The notes under the pieces were generated by a model that saw only the letters and a program-made list of their open reading frames with translations, searched no databases and was not told the origin of the DNA. From an uncultured Kiloniellales bacterium (GTDB taxonomy: Bacteria; Pseudomonadota; Alphaproteobacteria; Kiloniellales; JAKSDN01), in contig CAMYKD010000018.1 in assembly GCA_947258885.1 (NCBI GenBank), positions 27,150 through 91,149 of the forward strand: a stretch of DNA of 64,000 nucleotides, in the 5' to 3' direction. The position numbers and the translations under genes were made by a program. This document shows, in pieces, positions 53,810 through 63,484 of the stretch. Position 1 is the stretch's first letter; each line of letters begins with the position of its first letter.

Positions 53810-55144
53810 ATGACGCTTTATAACAAAGTGGTCTGGTGCGAGGGGATGTTCCTGCGTCCCCAGCACTTCCAACAGCAGGACCGTTATGTCGAGCATCTGG
53901 TGCGCCAGAGTTCGGCCAGCTTCCGGCCCTACGCCTGGGGCTTCAAGGAGTTGAAGATCGACCATGACCTGCTGCAGACCGGTAAGTTCGCCCTGAGTCG
54001 TTCCAGGGGCGTCATGCCCGACGGGACTCCCTTCGACCTTCCGGAGGAGGCCGCCGCCCCCGAAGCGCTGGACCTGAGCGAGAAGATAGAGAACGCGACG
54101 GTATTTCTGGCCTTGCCGGTGCGCGATGCGCGGGGCATGGACATCGACCATGGCGGCGTGGGCAACGGGATGCTGCGCTATGCCGTCGAGGAGTCGGAGG
54201 TCCACGACAGCAGCGGCGGCGCCGAGGGCGCCAGCCAGATACAGATTGGCCACCTGAACTTCCGGTTGATGCTGGAGGACGAGGAGCGCAGCGGATATCA
54301 CTGCCTGGGTCTGGCTCGGATCGTCCAGGTGGGCGCGGACAAGACCGTGGTGTTCGACGAGGACTTCATCCCGTCGTGCATCGACTTTCACGCCGCCGAC
54401 AAGCTCGGTGGCTTCGTGAACGAGCTTGAGGGTCTGCTCCACCAGCGCGGCGAAAGTCTGGCGGGCCGGGTTTCGGAATCGGGCCGCGGCGGCGCCGCTG
54501 AGATCGCCGATTTCCTGCTTCTGCAGGCGGTCAACCGCTATGAGCCGCTGGTCGCCCATTTATCGCGCGTGCCGGACGTGCACCCCGAGACGCTGTATCG
54601 CTTCTTGGCGGAGATGGCCGGCGAACTTGCCACCTTCGGCACGCAGAACAAGCGGCCGCCAGCATTCCCGGAGTACCGGCAGGATGCGCTCAAGGAAACC
54701 TTCGAGCCGGTTATGACCTCCTTGCGGCAATCGCTCAGCATGGTCTTCGAGCGCACGGCGGTCGCCATTCCGCTGGAAGAGCGAAAGTACGGCATACGGG
54801 TGGCCATGATCTCCGACAAGGCCCTGTTGTCGGAAGCCACCTTCGTGCTGGCGGTAAATGCGGACGTGCCGGTCGAAGGACTACGCCGGAACTTTCCCGC
54901 CCAGGTCAAGATCGGACCCGTGGAGAAGATCCGCGAACTTGTGAACCGGGCGCTTCCGGGGATAGGGCTGAACGCCTTGCCGGTGGCGCCGCGGCAAATT
55001 CCCTATCATGCGGGCGTGACCTATTTCGCGCTTGATACCAAGGGTCAATTCTGGAAGGAGCTGGAACGCTCGGGCGGCCTTGCGATTCACGTGGCGGGCA
55101 AATTTCCCGGCCTTGAAATGGCCCTCTGGGCGATCAGGCAGTGA
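53810..55144 (+). CDS. tssK: type VI secretion system baseplate subunit TssK
   Basis: 444 aa. Canonical N-terminus: KVVWCEGMFLRPQHFQQQDRY. Confidence 0.9.
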   Translation: MTLYNKVVWCEGMFLRPQHFQQQDRYVEHLVRQSSASFRPYAWGFKELKIDHDLLQTGKFALSRSRGVMPDGTPFDLPEEAAAPEALDLSEKIENATVFLALPVRDARGMDIDHGGVGNGMLRYAVEESEVHDSSGGAEGASQIQIGHLNFRLMLEDEERSGYHCLGLARIVQVGADKTVVFDEDFIPSCIDFHAADKLGGFVNELEGLLHQRGESLAGRVSESGRGGAAEIADFLLLQAVNRYEPLVAHLSRVPDVHPETLYRFLAEMAGELATFGTQNKRPPAFPEYRQDALKETFEPVMTSLRQSLSMVFERTAVAIPLEERKYGIRVAMISDKALLSEATFVLAVNADVPVEGLRRNFPAQVKIGPVEKIRELVNRALPGIGLNALPVAPRQIPYHAGVTYFALDTKGQFWKELERSGGLAIHVAGKFPGLEMALWAIRQ

Positions 55145-55149
55145 TGTAG

Positions 55150-56514
55150 ATGTCGGACAAAGATCCCTTTTCCGATTTTGATTCGGAACCGGAAGACCTC
55201 GAACGGACAATCATCATGCCGGCGCCTGGCGGTCGGCGACGCACGCAGAGCGAGGCTTTCGAACCGCCCCGGCCCATGGCGCGGCCCAGTGGGCCGGCGC
55301 CGGTCGTCGAGAGTACGGCCAAGAATCCGCTGATCCGCGCCGCAGCCACGGCCTTCGCCCTGGTCCGACGCCTGCGCAACACGGCACGCCACGACGACGT
55401 TCCCGGGCTGCGCGACAGCGTGCTCGCCACGATAAAGGAATTCGAGACCAAGGCACGCGGCCTCGGCTCGGGGTCCGAGACCACTTATGCGGCCCGCTAC
55501 GCGCTCTGCGCCCTGATCGACGAAACGGTTCTATCCACGCCCTGGGGCAGCCAGAGCGCCTGGACCACGGAAAGCCTCCTGGGCACGCTCCACAACGAAA
55601 CCAAGGGCGGCGCCAAGTTCTTTCAGATCCTGGAGCGAATGTCCGAGAGCCCGGCACACAACATCGACCTGCTGGAGTTTCTTTACCTCTGCCTCAGTTT
55701 GGGCTTTCAAGGCAAGTTTGCGGTCATGGATCGGGGCGCTGCCCAGCTCGAGGAGATTACGCACAATCTCTACCGGACGATCCGCAACCAGCGCGGCGAG
55801 GGCGAGCGCGAGCTTTCGCCGCACTGGCGGGGCATCGCCGACCGTCGGCCGGCCGTCGCGCGCTATATCCCTCTGTGGGTGGTCCCGGTCGCCGTCTGTG
55901 CCGTGGCCGTGGCCCTCTACCTGGGCTTCAGCTACAGCATCAACCGCGCTTCCGACGATGTCTTCGCCAAGCTCAACACTCTGGGCGGCGAGGCCGCGCA
56001 GCTTTACGAGCGTCCGGCCGCCACCGAGCCGCTTGTGGTCGAGACCGTCGCCCTGGCCTCCGACGAACCGCCGCCGCCACCGCCCGCCGTGAGGATCGGT
56101 GGCCTGCTCCAAGAGGAGGTGGAGCGCGGACTGCTCCAGGTTGTGGACCTGGGCTATGCGACAAACATCGTGGTTCACAACAAGGGCCTGTTCCCCTCCG
56201 GCAGCGCCAGGGTGTCGAATGACTATCGTCCGGTGATCCTCAAGATCGGCGACGTGTTGAAGAACGAGCCCGGACCGCTTCTGGTCACTGGTCATACCGA
56301 CAAGATTCCGATCCGCACGTTGAAGTTTCCGTCCAATTGGCACTTGTCGGACGCCCGGGCAAAGGCGGTTGTCGCCCTGATGTCCGAATCCGTCGGCAAT
56401 TCGAACAAATTGGTCGCCGAAGGCCGCGCCGACACGGAGTTGATCGCGCCGGGCAACAGCGCCAAAGACCATCAGCGAAACCGGCGTATCGAGATCAAGA
56501 TCCCAGTGAAGTAG
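55150..56514 (+). CDS. tssL: type VI secretion system membrane subunit TssL (DotU), long form with OmpA/MotB-like peptidoglycan-binding domain
   Basis: 454 aa with a DotU core, a TM segment (YIPLWVVPVAVCAVAVALYLGF) and a C-terminal OmpA-like domain (VTGHTDKIPI...NRRIEIKI). Confidence 0.9.
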   Translation: MSDKDPFSDFDSEPEDLERTIIMPAPGGRRRTQSEAFEPPRPMARPSGPAPVVESTAKNPLIRAAATAFALVRRLRNTARHDDVPGLRDSVLATIKEFETKARGLGSGSETTYAARYALCALIDETVLSTPWGSQSAWTTESLLGTLHNETKGGAKFFQILERMSESPAHNIDLLEFLYLCLSLGFQGKFAVMDRGAAQLEEITHNLYRTIRNQRGEGERELSPHWRGIADRRPAVARYIPLWVVPVAVCAVAVALYLGFSYSINRASDDVFAKLNTLGGEAAQLYERPAATEPLVVETVALASDEPPPPPPAVRIGGLLQEEVERGLLQVVDLGYATNIVVHNKGLFPSGSARVSNDYRPVILKIGDVLKNEPGPLLVTGHTDKIPIRTLKFPSNWHLSDARAKAVVALMSESVGNSNKLVAEGRADTELIAPGNSAKDHQRNRRIEIKIPVK

Positions 56515-56658
56515 GTACTAGAGGCATTCGGAGGCAAGGGGAATGGCTGGAAGCAAGATGCGCTCCAAGGCACCCACACCGAGAGAGACCAACACAGTCC
56601 ATGGCGAGGCCGCCGGCGAGCGCGCCCGGAATCCGGAAACTCGCGAAAGGTAAGCGCG

Positions 56659-59600
56659 ATGCTGAAACGCCTGTTTGGATGGCTGCTGAACCGGTGGGTC
56701 ATTTCGATCCTCGGGCTTCTTCTTCTTGGCCTCCTGATCTGGTTCGTCGGTCCCTTGATCGCCTTCGCGGGATGGGAGCCCTTGGCCAGCGCCGAGGCCC
56801 GGCTGGCAATCATCGTCACGATCGTCCTGATCTGGGCCGTCAAGGCGATTTGGACGGCCATCCGCGCCAGGCAGACCAATGCCCAGGTAATCGAGAGCCT
56901 GGCGTCCGGCCCGGAGGAGGGCGCGGACGGCCAGGCCTCGGAGGAAGAGCTGGCGATCCTGCGCGAGCGGTTCCGGGAGTCGCTGGCGGTCCTCAAGAAG
57001 GCGAAGCTAGGCGGCAAGGGGCGTAGACGCCAGCTCTATCAGCTGCCCTGGTACCTGATCATCGGGCCGCCGGGCGCCGGCAAGACGACCGCGTTGAAGA
57101 ACTCGGGCCTGAAGTTCCCCCTGTCGGGTCAGACAGGCGGCGAGGACGTCCGTATCCGCGGCGTCGGCGGCACCCGGAACTGCGACTGGTGGTTCACCGA
57201 CGAGGCCGTGTTGCTAGACACAGCCGGCCGCTATACCACGCAGGACAGCGACCGGACGGTCGACAGCGCGGCCTGGACCGGGTTCCTTCAGCTGCTGAAG
57301 AAGCACCGCCGGCGCCGCCCGGTCGACGGCATCATCGTCGCCTTCAGCTTGGACGACATGGCCCGGCAGGGCGAAGAGGAACGGCGGCTGCATGCCGTCG
57401 CCGTCCGCCAACGGCTGCAGGAATTGGCCAACGAGCTCAAGGTCAAGGTTCCGGTCTACGTCGTGCTGACGAAGTGCGACCTGGTCGCGGGCTTCATCGA
57501 GTTCTTCGACGATCTGGGCCGCGAGGAGCGTGGCCAGGTCTGGGGCCTGACCTTTCCGATCGCCACATCAGAGAATCCAAGCGGCGTCATCGCCGACTTC
57601 GGGACCGAGTACGACGCGATCATGGAGCGCCTCGATGGCAGGCTGATCACGCGTCTCGATCAGGAACGGGACATCAACCGGCGTGGCGCGATCCAAGGCT
57701 TTACCCAGCAGATGGCGGCACTCAAGGGGTCGATCCAGGACTTCCTGGCAGAGACCTTCCAGCCGAGCCGATTCGAGGAGCCCTGCCTGCTGCGCGGTAT
57801 CTATTTCTCCAGTGGGACCCAGGAGGGAACTCCAATCGACCGCGTGATCAGCTCGATATCCGGGACCTTCGGGCTGGACCGCCAAGTCATGCCTGCGTTC
57901 AGCGGCCCGGGCCGGAGCTACTTCCTGACCCGCCTGCTGCGCGACGTCGTGTTCCAGGAGGCCGATCTGGTCGGCCATACCGGGCTGCTGCATCAGTATC
58001 GCGTCTGGTTCCAGCGCGCCGCCTATGCCGGAGCGGCCGCGCTCGTGGTCCTGCTGGCGGCGGCCTGGTCGACCAGCTACCTGCGCAATCAGAACTACAT
58101 CGGCGAGACGGAGACCCAGGTCCAGGAGTACGAACAGCTGGCCGAGGCGTTGGCTGCCGGCAGCGGTTCGGTGGAGGAGATGCTGATGCCGCTCAATGCG
58201 CTTCGCGCGCTGCCCGGCGGTTACGATGATCGGGACAAGCCGGTGCCGGTGATGATGGGTCTTGGCCTGTATCAGGGCGACAAGCTCGGGGCGGCCGCCC
58301 AAGGCGCCTATCGCAGGGCGTTCCAGACCATCCTTCTGCCGCGTGTTATGGAAGGCCTGGAAGACCAGATGCGCCTCTACGTCGAGCGCTCCGACATCCT
58401 CTACGAGGCGCTCAAGGCCTACCTGATGATGGGCAACCCCAAGGTCCTCGACCGCGAGTTCGTACAGCTCTGGGTCTCGCTGGATTGGGGCGCACGCCTG
58501 CCGGGCGCCACCAACGAGCCCTTGCGCGAGCAGTTCCAAACGCACTTGGCGGCTCTGATGGAGGGCGATTTGGTACCGCCGGCGCTGAACGCAACGCTGG
58601 TCACCCAGGCGCGGGAGATCCTGGCCCGGCGGCCACTGGCCGAACGGCTCTACGGGCAGGTCAAGCGCGAGGCCATGTCGGACGGCCTCGAGGACTGGCG
58701 GGTCACCGACAAGATCGGCGATGGCGGGCGCTACTTCAGGCGCCGTAGCGGCGAGTTGATGACCAAGGGTATTCCCGGGCTGTTCACCTACAGCGGCTAC
58801 AAGGACGCCTTTCTCGTCAAGCTGCCCGAACTCGCGCGTGTAGCGGTCGCGGAAACCTGGGTCATCGGCACCGAGCACAGCCAAACTCCCGGCGAAACCG
58901 ACCTGCCCGCGCTCGAGCGCTATGTCACCGACCTCTATTTCGCCGAGTATGTACGGCAGTGGGAGGACTTCCTGGCGGATGTCGACATCGTCCGGTTCCG
59001 AGGCTTCGGCGAGGCGGCCAACGCGATGAACGTCCTTTCGTCCATAGACTCGCCGATCAAGGGCTTTCTCAAGGCGGTGGCCGATGAGACCATGCTGTCC
59101 AAGTCGCCGATCGATATCGGCGTGGTGGCCGAGGCCTCGGACAAGCTCAAGGAAATGAAGGACCGACTCGGCAAGCTGCTCGCTATGGCCCCGGGCTCCG
59201 GGGAGCTCGTGCCGGACAAGGACGCGTCCAGCGTCGTCGACCGCCGCTTCGAGCGGATCCACACGCTGGTCAAGGGAAGCAGCGACAGTCCACCGCCGAT
59301 CGGCCGTGTCCTGGACACCCTGAACGACCTCTACGTGCACCTGAGCGCGGCGCGCGGCGGCGGTGCCACGCTCGCGCCGCCGGGCTCGGTCGATGCCATC
59401 GCGCGCGTCCGCCTGGAGGCCGAGCGCCAGCCCGAGCCGCTGGCGGCGTGGCTGCGCAGCCTGGCGGGGGAGAGCTCCCAGGTGACCGTGAGCTCGGTGA
59501 AGGCCCGGCTCAACAATATATGGACCGCCGATATCGCCCCCTACTGCCGCAGCGCGTTGGCCAACCGTTACCCCCTGGCGAGGAACAGTGCCCAGGACGT

Positions 59601-60213
59601 CAACCTGAACGACTTCTCGAACTATTTTGGCCCGCAGGGCAAGGTCGCCGCCTTCTTCTCCATGCACCTCAAGCCCTATATCGATATCTCGGTCCGGCCG
59701 TGGCGGCCGATCTCGAGCGCCGGCGCGAAAATCGCCATCTCCGAGGGCACGCTCAAACAGTTTGAAAAGGCGGCGCGCATCAAGGAGGCGTTCTTCGCCG
59801 GCGGCGCCTCGCAACCGCTGGTGAATTTCCAGATTCGCCCGCTGGGTCTGGACAAGTCGGCCCGTCAGGTGCTGCTCGAGCTCGGCGATCAGCGGCTCAC
59901 CTACCGCCACGGACCGACGCGCCTGGAGAGCATGCAGTGGCCGCCACCAAGCGGCGAAAGCCGGGCCCGGCTCGTGTTCACGCCCCTGGGCGGCGCCGGC
60001 GCCCAGTCGTCGAGCATCAGCGCCGAAGGGCCCTGGGCCCTGTTCCGCCTGCTCGACAAGGCCAAGGTCGGCTCGACCACCATGGCGGACCGCTTCAAGG
60101 TGACCTTCGACGTCCAGGGCCAGACGGCGGTCTTCGAGCTGCGGGCCTCGAGCGTGGCCAATCCCTTCCGTTCGAGCGCCTTGGGGGGCTTCCGGTGCCT
60201 GGGGAAGCTGTAG
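56659..60213 (+). CDS. tssM: type VI secretion system membrane subunit TssM (IcmF)
   Basis: 1184 aa with N-terminal TM segments, Walker A (GPPGAGKTT) and IcmF-related C-terminal domains. Confidence 0.95.
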   Translation: MLKRLFGWLLNRWVISILGLLLLGLLIWFVGPLIAFAGWEPLASAEARLAIIVTIVLIWAVKAIWTAIRARQTNAQVIESLASGPEEGADGQASEEELAILRERFRESLAVLKKAKLGGKGRRRQLYQLPWYLIIGPPGAGKTTALKNSGLKFPLSGQTGGEDVRIRGVGGTRNCDWWFTDEAVLLDTAGRYTTQDSDRTVDSAAWTGFLQLLKKHRRRRPVDGIIVAFSLDDMARQGEEERRLHAVAVRQRLQELANELKVKVPVYVVLTKCDLVAGFIEFFDDLGREERGQVWGLTFPIATSENPSGVIADFGTEYDAIMERLDGRLITRLDQERDINRRGAIQGFTQQMAALKGSIQDFLAETFQPSRFEEPCLLRGIYFSSGTQEGTPIDRVISSISGTFGLDRQVMPAFSGPGRSYFLTRLLRDVVFQEADLVGHTGLLHQYRVWFQRAAYAGAAALVVLLAAAWSTSYLRNQNYIGETETQVQEYEQLAEALAAGSGSVEEMLMPLNALRALPGGYDDRDKPVPVMMGLGLYQGDKLGAAAQGAYRRAFQTILLPRVMEGLEDQMRLYVERSDILYEALKAYLMMGNPKVLDREFVQLWVSLDWGARLPGATNEPLREQFQTHLAALMEGDLVPPALNATLVTQAREILARRPLAERLYGQVKREAMSDGLEDWRVTDKIGDGGRYFRRRSGELMTKGIPGLFTYSGYKDAFLVKLPELARVAVAETWVIGTEHSQTPGETDLPALERYVTDLYFAEYVRQWEDFLADVDIVRFRGFGEAANAMNVLSSIDSPIKGFLKAVADETMLSKSPIDIGVVAEASDKLKEMKDRLGKLLAMAPGSGELVPDKDASSVVDRRFERIHTLVKGSSDSPPPIGRVLDTLNDLYVHLSAARGGGATLAPPGSVDAIARVRLEAERQPEPLAAWLRSLAGESSQVTVSSVKARLNNIWTADIAPYCRSALANRYPLARNSAQDVNLNDFSNYFGPQGKVAAFFSMHLKPYIDISVRPWRPISSAGAKIAISEGTLKQFEKAARIKEAFFAGGASQPLVNFQIRPLGLDKSARQVLLELGDQRLTYRHGPTRLESMQWPPPSGESRARLVFTPLGGAGAQSSSISAEGPWALFRLLDKAKVGSTTMADRFKVTFDVQGQTAVFELRASSVANPFRSSALGGFRCLGKL

Positions 60214-60920
60214 CGGCGCAAGGCGGGCCCGCCGTCCTCGGCTACTACGGCAAGGTGCCGACCAAGGGGGACTTCGTGCTCCGGCGCCTGCCCAGGTCCT
60301 TCGTGGACCCCTGGGACGCGTGGCTGCAGCGCGCGATGGCGATCAGCCGCGAGCAGCTGGCCGAGGCTTGGCTCGACGCCTACCTGACCAGCCCGATCTG
60401 GCGCTTTGCCCTGACCGCCGGGGTGTGCGGCGGACACGCGGCCGCCGGGGTGCTGATGCCCAGCGTCGATTCGGTGGGGCGTTATTATCCCATGACCATC
60501 GCGACCCTGCAGCCGGCGCCGCGCAACCCCTTCGACGTCGCGGCACGGGAGGAAGCCTGGTTTGCCGGCGCGGAGGACGCGGCTTTGTCCTGCCTGGAAC
60601 AGGGTTTTCGTCTCGAGGGCCTCGACGAACGCCTGGGCAACCTGGGCGCCACCCCGGACGGCGCCGGCGCCCAACCGGCGCAGCCCCTGCCCCAGACATC
60701 GGCCGGCGGGCTCGGCTGGTCTCTCGGCCAGGACGCGCCGGACCGGCTCTGTCAGGGCCTTTACCCCGAGATTCTGGACGACTTGCTGCGCGCCAAGTTC
60801 CGGACCTACAGCCTGTGGTGGACCACCGGATCGGACCAAATCGCGCCCTCGCTGAGGGTCTACGAGGGCCTGCCCTACCAGGGCGACTTCGCCGCCTTCC
60901 TCCGCGGCGCCGGGGCCTGA
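60195..60920 (+). CDS. tagF: type VI secretion system-associated protein TagF
   Basis: GTG 60195 overlaps the tssM end. Hallmark motif: GYYGKVPTKGDFVLRRLPRSFVDPWDAWL. Confidence 0.8.
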   Translation: MPGEAVAAQGGPAVLGYYGKVPTKGDFVLRRLPRSFVDPWDAWLQRAMAISREQLAEAWLDAYLTSPIWRFALTAGVCGGHAAAGVLMPSVDSVGRYYPMTIATLQPAPRNPFDVAAREEAWFAGAEDAALSCLEQGFRLEGLDERLGNLGATPDGAGAQPAQPLPQTSAGGLGWSLGQDAPDRLCQGLYPEILDDLLRAKFRTYSLWWTTGSDQIAPSLRVYEGLPYQGDFAAFLRGAGA

Positions 60921-61094
60921 ACCAAAGGTCATCGATATCGACCGTCGTCGGAGAGGGGACCCGGCGGGCCGCGGTTCTTTGCCCCGACGTCGCAGAAACT
61001 TTAGGTGAAAAAGCCGCCGGCACCGCGCTTTTTGTTGAAAAGACCTAGAAAAAAGACGAACAATGGGGGGCAGGCTACAAAAAAGGGGCGCCTC

Positions 61095-61883
61095 ATGGAA
61101 GATCGCTTTGACATGGCGAAGCTGCTCGATCTTCGGAAACTGACCACCGCGATCGCAGAAATTCTCCAGGGGCAGCTGGCCGGGTATCTCTCGACTTTGC
61201 ATCCACTGTTCGCGCCCCAGCGGGTGCTCGGCAACAACACCAGCCCGGGTACCAGCGCGACCGTCAAGGGCGCCGACAAGGCCTTCGCCGATCTGCAGGC
61301 GACCTACATCAGGTTGGCCGGGACCAAGCTCTACAATCTGCCCAAGGCGCTCGAGCCGCCGATACCGGTCACCACCTCCCGGCCCGAGATCGTGCGCGTG
61401 GAGTATCCTTACGAAGCGAGCGCCGACGGCGCGACCAAGAGCCTGACCGCGGTCGCGCCGCTCAAATGGGTGTTGACCTACAGCGGCTTCACGCCCGAGC
61501 ACCTGCGTGCGCTGCTGGCCCAGGGCGTCAACGTGAACGAGCGCCAGCTCACGGAAACCCTGCTGCACATCCTGATGATGGACCTGGTGGTCAGTCAGCA
61601 ATCAGGGCTGACCGACATCCTCTCCGCGCTCGGCTTCACCATCGAGGCGTCGCACGCGCCCGAGTTCGGCGAGCTGCCGCTGACCTACGTCAGCGCCCCG
61701 GTCCATACCCGGCGCCCGCCCGACCAGCTCATGCTGCAGATCGCCGAGATCTCCGGCAGCCCGCTCTTCGAGGAGGTGGTGCGCATCGAGGACATCGTGG
61801 CCCTGAAGACGCCGCTGAAGGACCGGCTCCTGGAGGCGGCGCGCAGCCACGCCGGCGGCCTGCTGGAGGCGGCGGGCGGCTGA
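61095..61883 (+). CDS. hypothetical protein of unknown function in T6SS cluster
   Basis: 262 aa from ATG 61095 (MEDRFDMAKLLDLRKLTTAIAEIL...). It has the codon bias of its neighbours. I recognise no TM segment, signal peptide, or kinase/phosphatase motifs. Confidence 0.65.
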   Translation: MEDRFDMAKLLDLRKLTTAIAEILQGQLAGYLSTLHPLFAPQRVLGNNTSPGTSATVKGADKAFADLQATYIRLAGTKLYNLPKALEPPIPVTTSRPEIVRVEYPYEASADGATKSLTAVAPLKWVLTYSGFTPEHLRALLAQGVNVNERQLTETLLHILMMDLVVSQQSGLTDILSALGFTIEASHAPEFGELPLTYVSAPVHTRRPPDQLMLQIAEISGSPLFEEVVRIEDIVALKTPLKDRLLEAARSHAGGLLEAAGG

Positions 61884-61918
61884 GCCTTTTCATATTTCGC
61901 GGAACCTGCCGGTATTCC

Positions 61919-63229
61919 CTATCGACCCAGTAACTTTTGCTGCCGGACGCCTGGCGCGCGGGTCTCGAACAGCGGTTGGCCCAGCTCCAAGAGGGCGAGC
62001 TCGAGCGCCGCGCCGTTCCGCTGTCGCTGGAGGCCCGTCGCGAGTACCTCCCGGCAGTGCTCGGCGGTGATCGGCTGGCCGACCAGGTATCGCGTGCCGG
62101 CGTGAAAGCGGCTCTTGTTGGCCTCCCACCAGCCCTGCACCAGGTCCGGCTTCGGCCAAGGCAGGTCCCCGTCCGGGTCCATCTCGACGTCCTCGTCCTC
62201 GGGGCTTTCCGTAGGCACCGCTTCCAAATCCTCCGGCCCCTCGCCCTCCAGATCCTCATAGGCCAGGTCCGCCCCGGTGATGATCGAGAAGGCCTCGCCT
62301 GCCACGCGCGCGATCTCGGGCGTTTCCATCTGCTTGATCAGCCAGGGGACATAATGCGCATCGCCGCGCGCGCCGGTCGCCATGATGACCGTGCGCAGCC
62401 AACTCGGATCGGCCACCAGTCCCTTGAGCCAGGCCTGCGCCGCCGAGCTTTCGAGGGCCCGCGGAACGAGCTGAAGCGCGCGCTCGGCAAAGGGCGAGTC
62501 CGAGACGACCTCCACCTTGAGGCTCTCCAGCGCCCGGCGACGCTCGCCCAGCAGCACCGCCGACCAGGCCGCCCAGAAGCGGCAGCCCGGGTCTTCCTCG
62601 ATCTCGGCCCGCTCGCCCAGCAGAGGCAGCAGGTCCTTGCGGCCCAGCTCGCCCGCCGCACGCAGGGCGCGGGTGCGAAGCGGCACATCGTCGTCGGTCA
62701 GCGCGCTGTCCAGCCGCGGGCCCGGGTCGACCCGGTGCAGCGCACAGGCCGCAATGCCGAGCCGGCGCAAGAAGGGCGAACCGCCGTTCAAGAAGGTCTT
62801 GCCGGTGCCCTTGAGCTGCTTCGGCGTGACCCAGCCGAGCGCCGAGACGAAGCCGCGCGTCGTCTCCGGCACCTCCTCCGCCACGGCCAGCACTTGGTCG
62901 AGGCGCTTCGGGTTCCGGCTTTCGAGCGCCAGCACCGCGGCCGCGAAGACCTCGCCCGGCTCCTGTAGCTCGAGCTGGGCGGCGGCCAGTTCCCAACCCA
63001 ACTCGCCGGCTACGCGCAGGCCGTCCAGGTTGGCGTCGACCCGTTCGTCCAGCTCGACCAGGTCGTCGAGATCGTACTGCGGCGCGTGCACCGCGAGGTC
63101 GCGCAGGAACCAAAGGAACGGCGCCTCGTCGGCATGCTCGGCTGCGATGTCCTTGATGATCAACGGTCCGCCCGCATCAAGAGAACGAGAGTTTGTGCAT
63201 TTTGCCACATTATTTTTCCGCCGGTCCAC
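61919..63229 (-). CDS. HEAT-like repeat protein, TIGR02270-type (T6SS/DUF2169-associated)
   Basis: 436 aa. N-terminal signature: IAAEHADEAPFLWFLRDLAVHAPQYDLDDLVELDERVDANLDGLRVAG. The GTG start is uncertain. Confidence 0.7.
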   Translation of the reverse strand: MDRRKNNVAKCTNSRSLDAGGPLIIKDIAAEHADEAPFLWFLRDLAVHAPQYDLDDLVELDERVDANLDGLRVAGELGWELAAAQLELQEPGEVFAAAVLALESRNPKRLDQVLAVAEEVPETTRGFVSALGWVTPKQLKGTGKTFLNGGSPFLRRLGIAACALHRVDPGPRLDSALTDDDVPLRTRALRAAGELGRKDLLPLLGERAEIEEDPGCRFWAAWSAVLLGERRRALESLKVEVVSDSPFAERALQLVPRALESSAAQAWLKGLVADPSWLRTVIMATGARGDAHYVPWLIKQMETPEIARVAGEAFSIITGADLAYEDLEGEGPEDLEAVPTESPEDEDVEMDPDGDLPWPKPDLVQGWWEANKSRFHAGTRYLVGQPITAEHCREVLATGLQRQRNGAALELALLELGQPLFETRAPGVRQQKLLGR

Positions 63230-63484
63230 TACAGTGGTTCGTGTCCGCCGCCCGGCCTCCGGCCAAGATCAGCAAAGCGTGGTGGACGCGACGGAGATCT
63301 GGGGAAAGTCACACCGTGGCGGCATATTTCTTCGCGGCGCTTTTGGGGGCGGTCCGGTCGCCGCGAACCGTCGGTCGGCGTGACGATCGGCGGCAAGCCG
63401 TGTTGCCACCGGATTTGCCGTGGCCTAGACTTTTTGCCGAGGTCGGCGCAGGCCGCAAGCACTCTGGGGGAAGGGAATAGGCGC

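Noticed and set aside
57568-59910. 780-aa ORF on the minus strand
   Set aside because: It is antisense to tssM (IcmF), whose identity is unambiguous. Shadow ORF.
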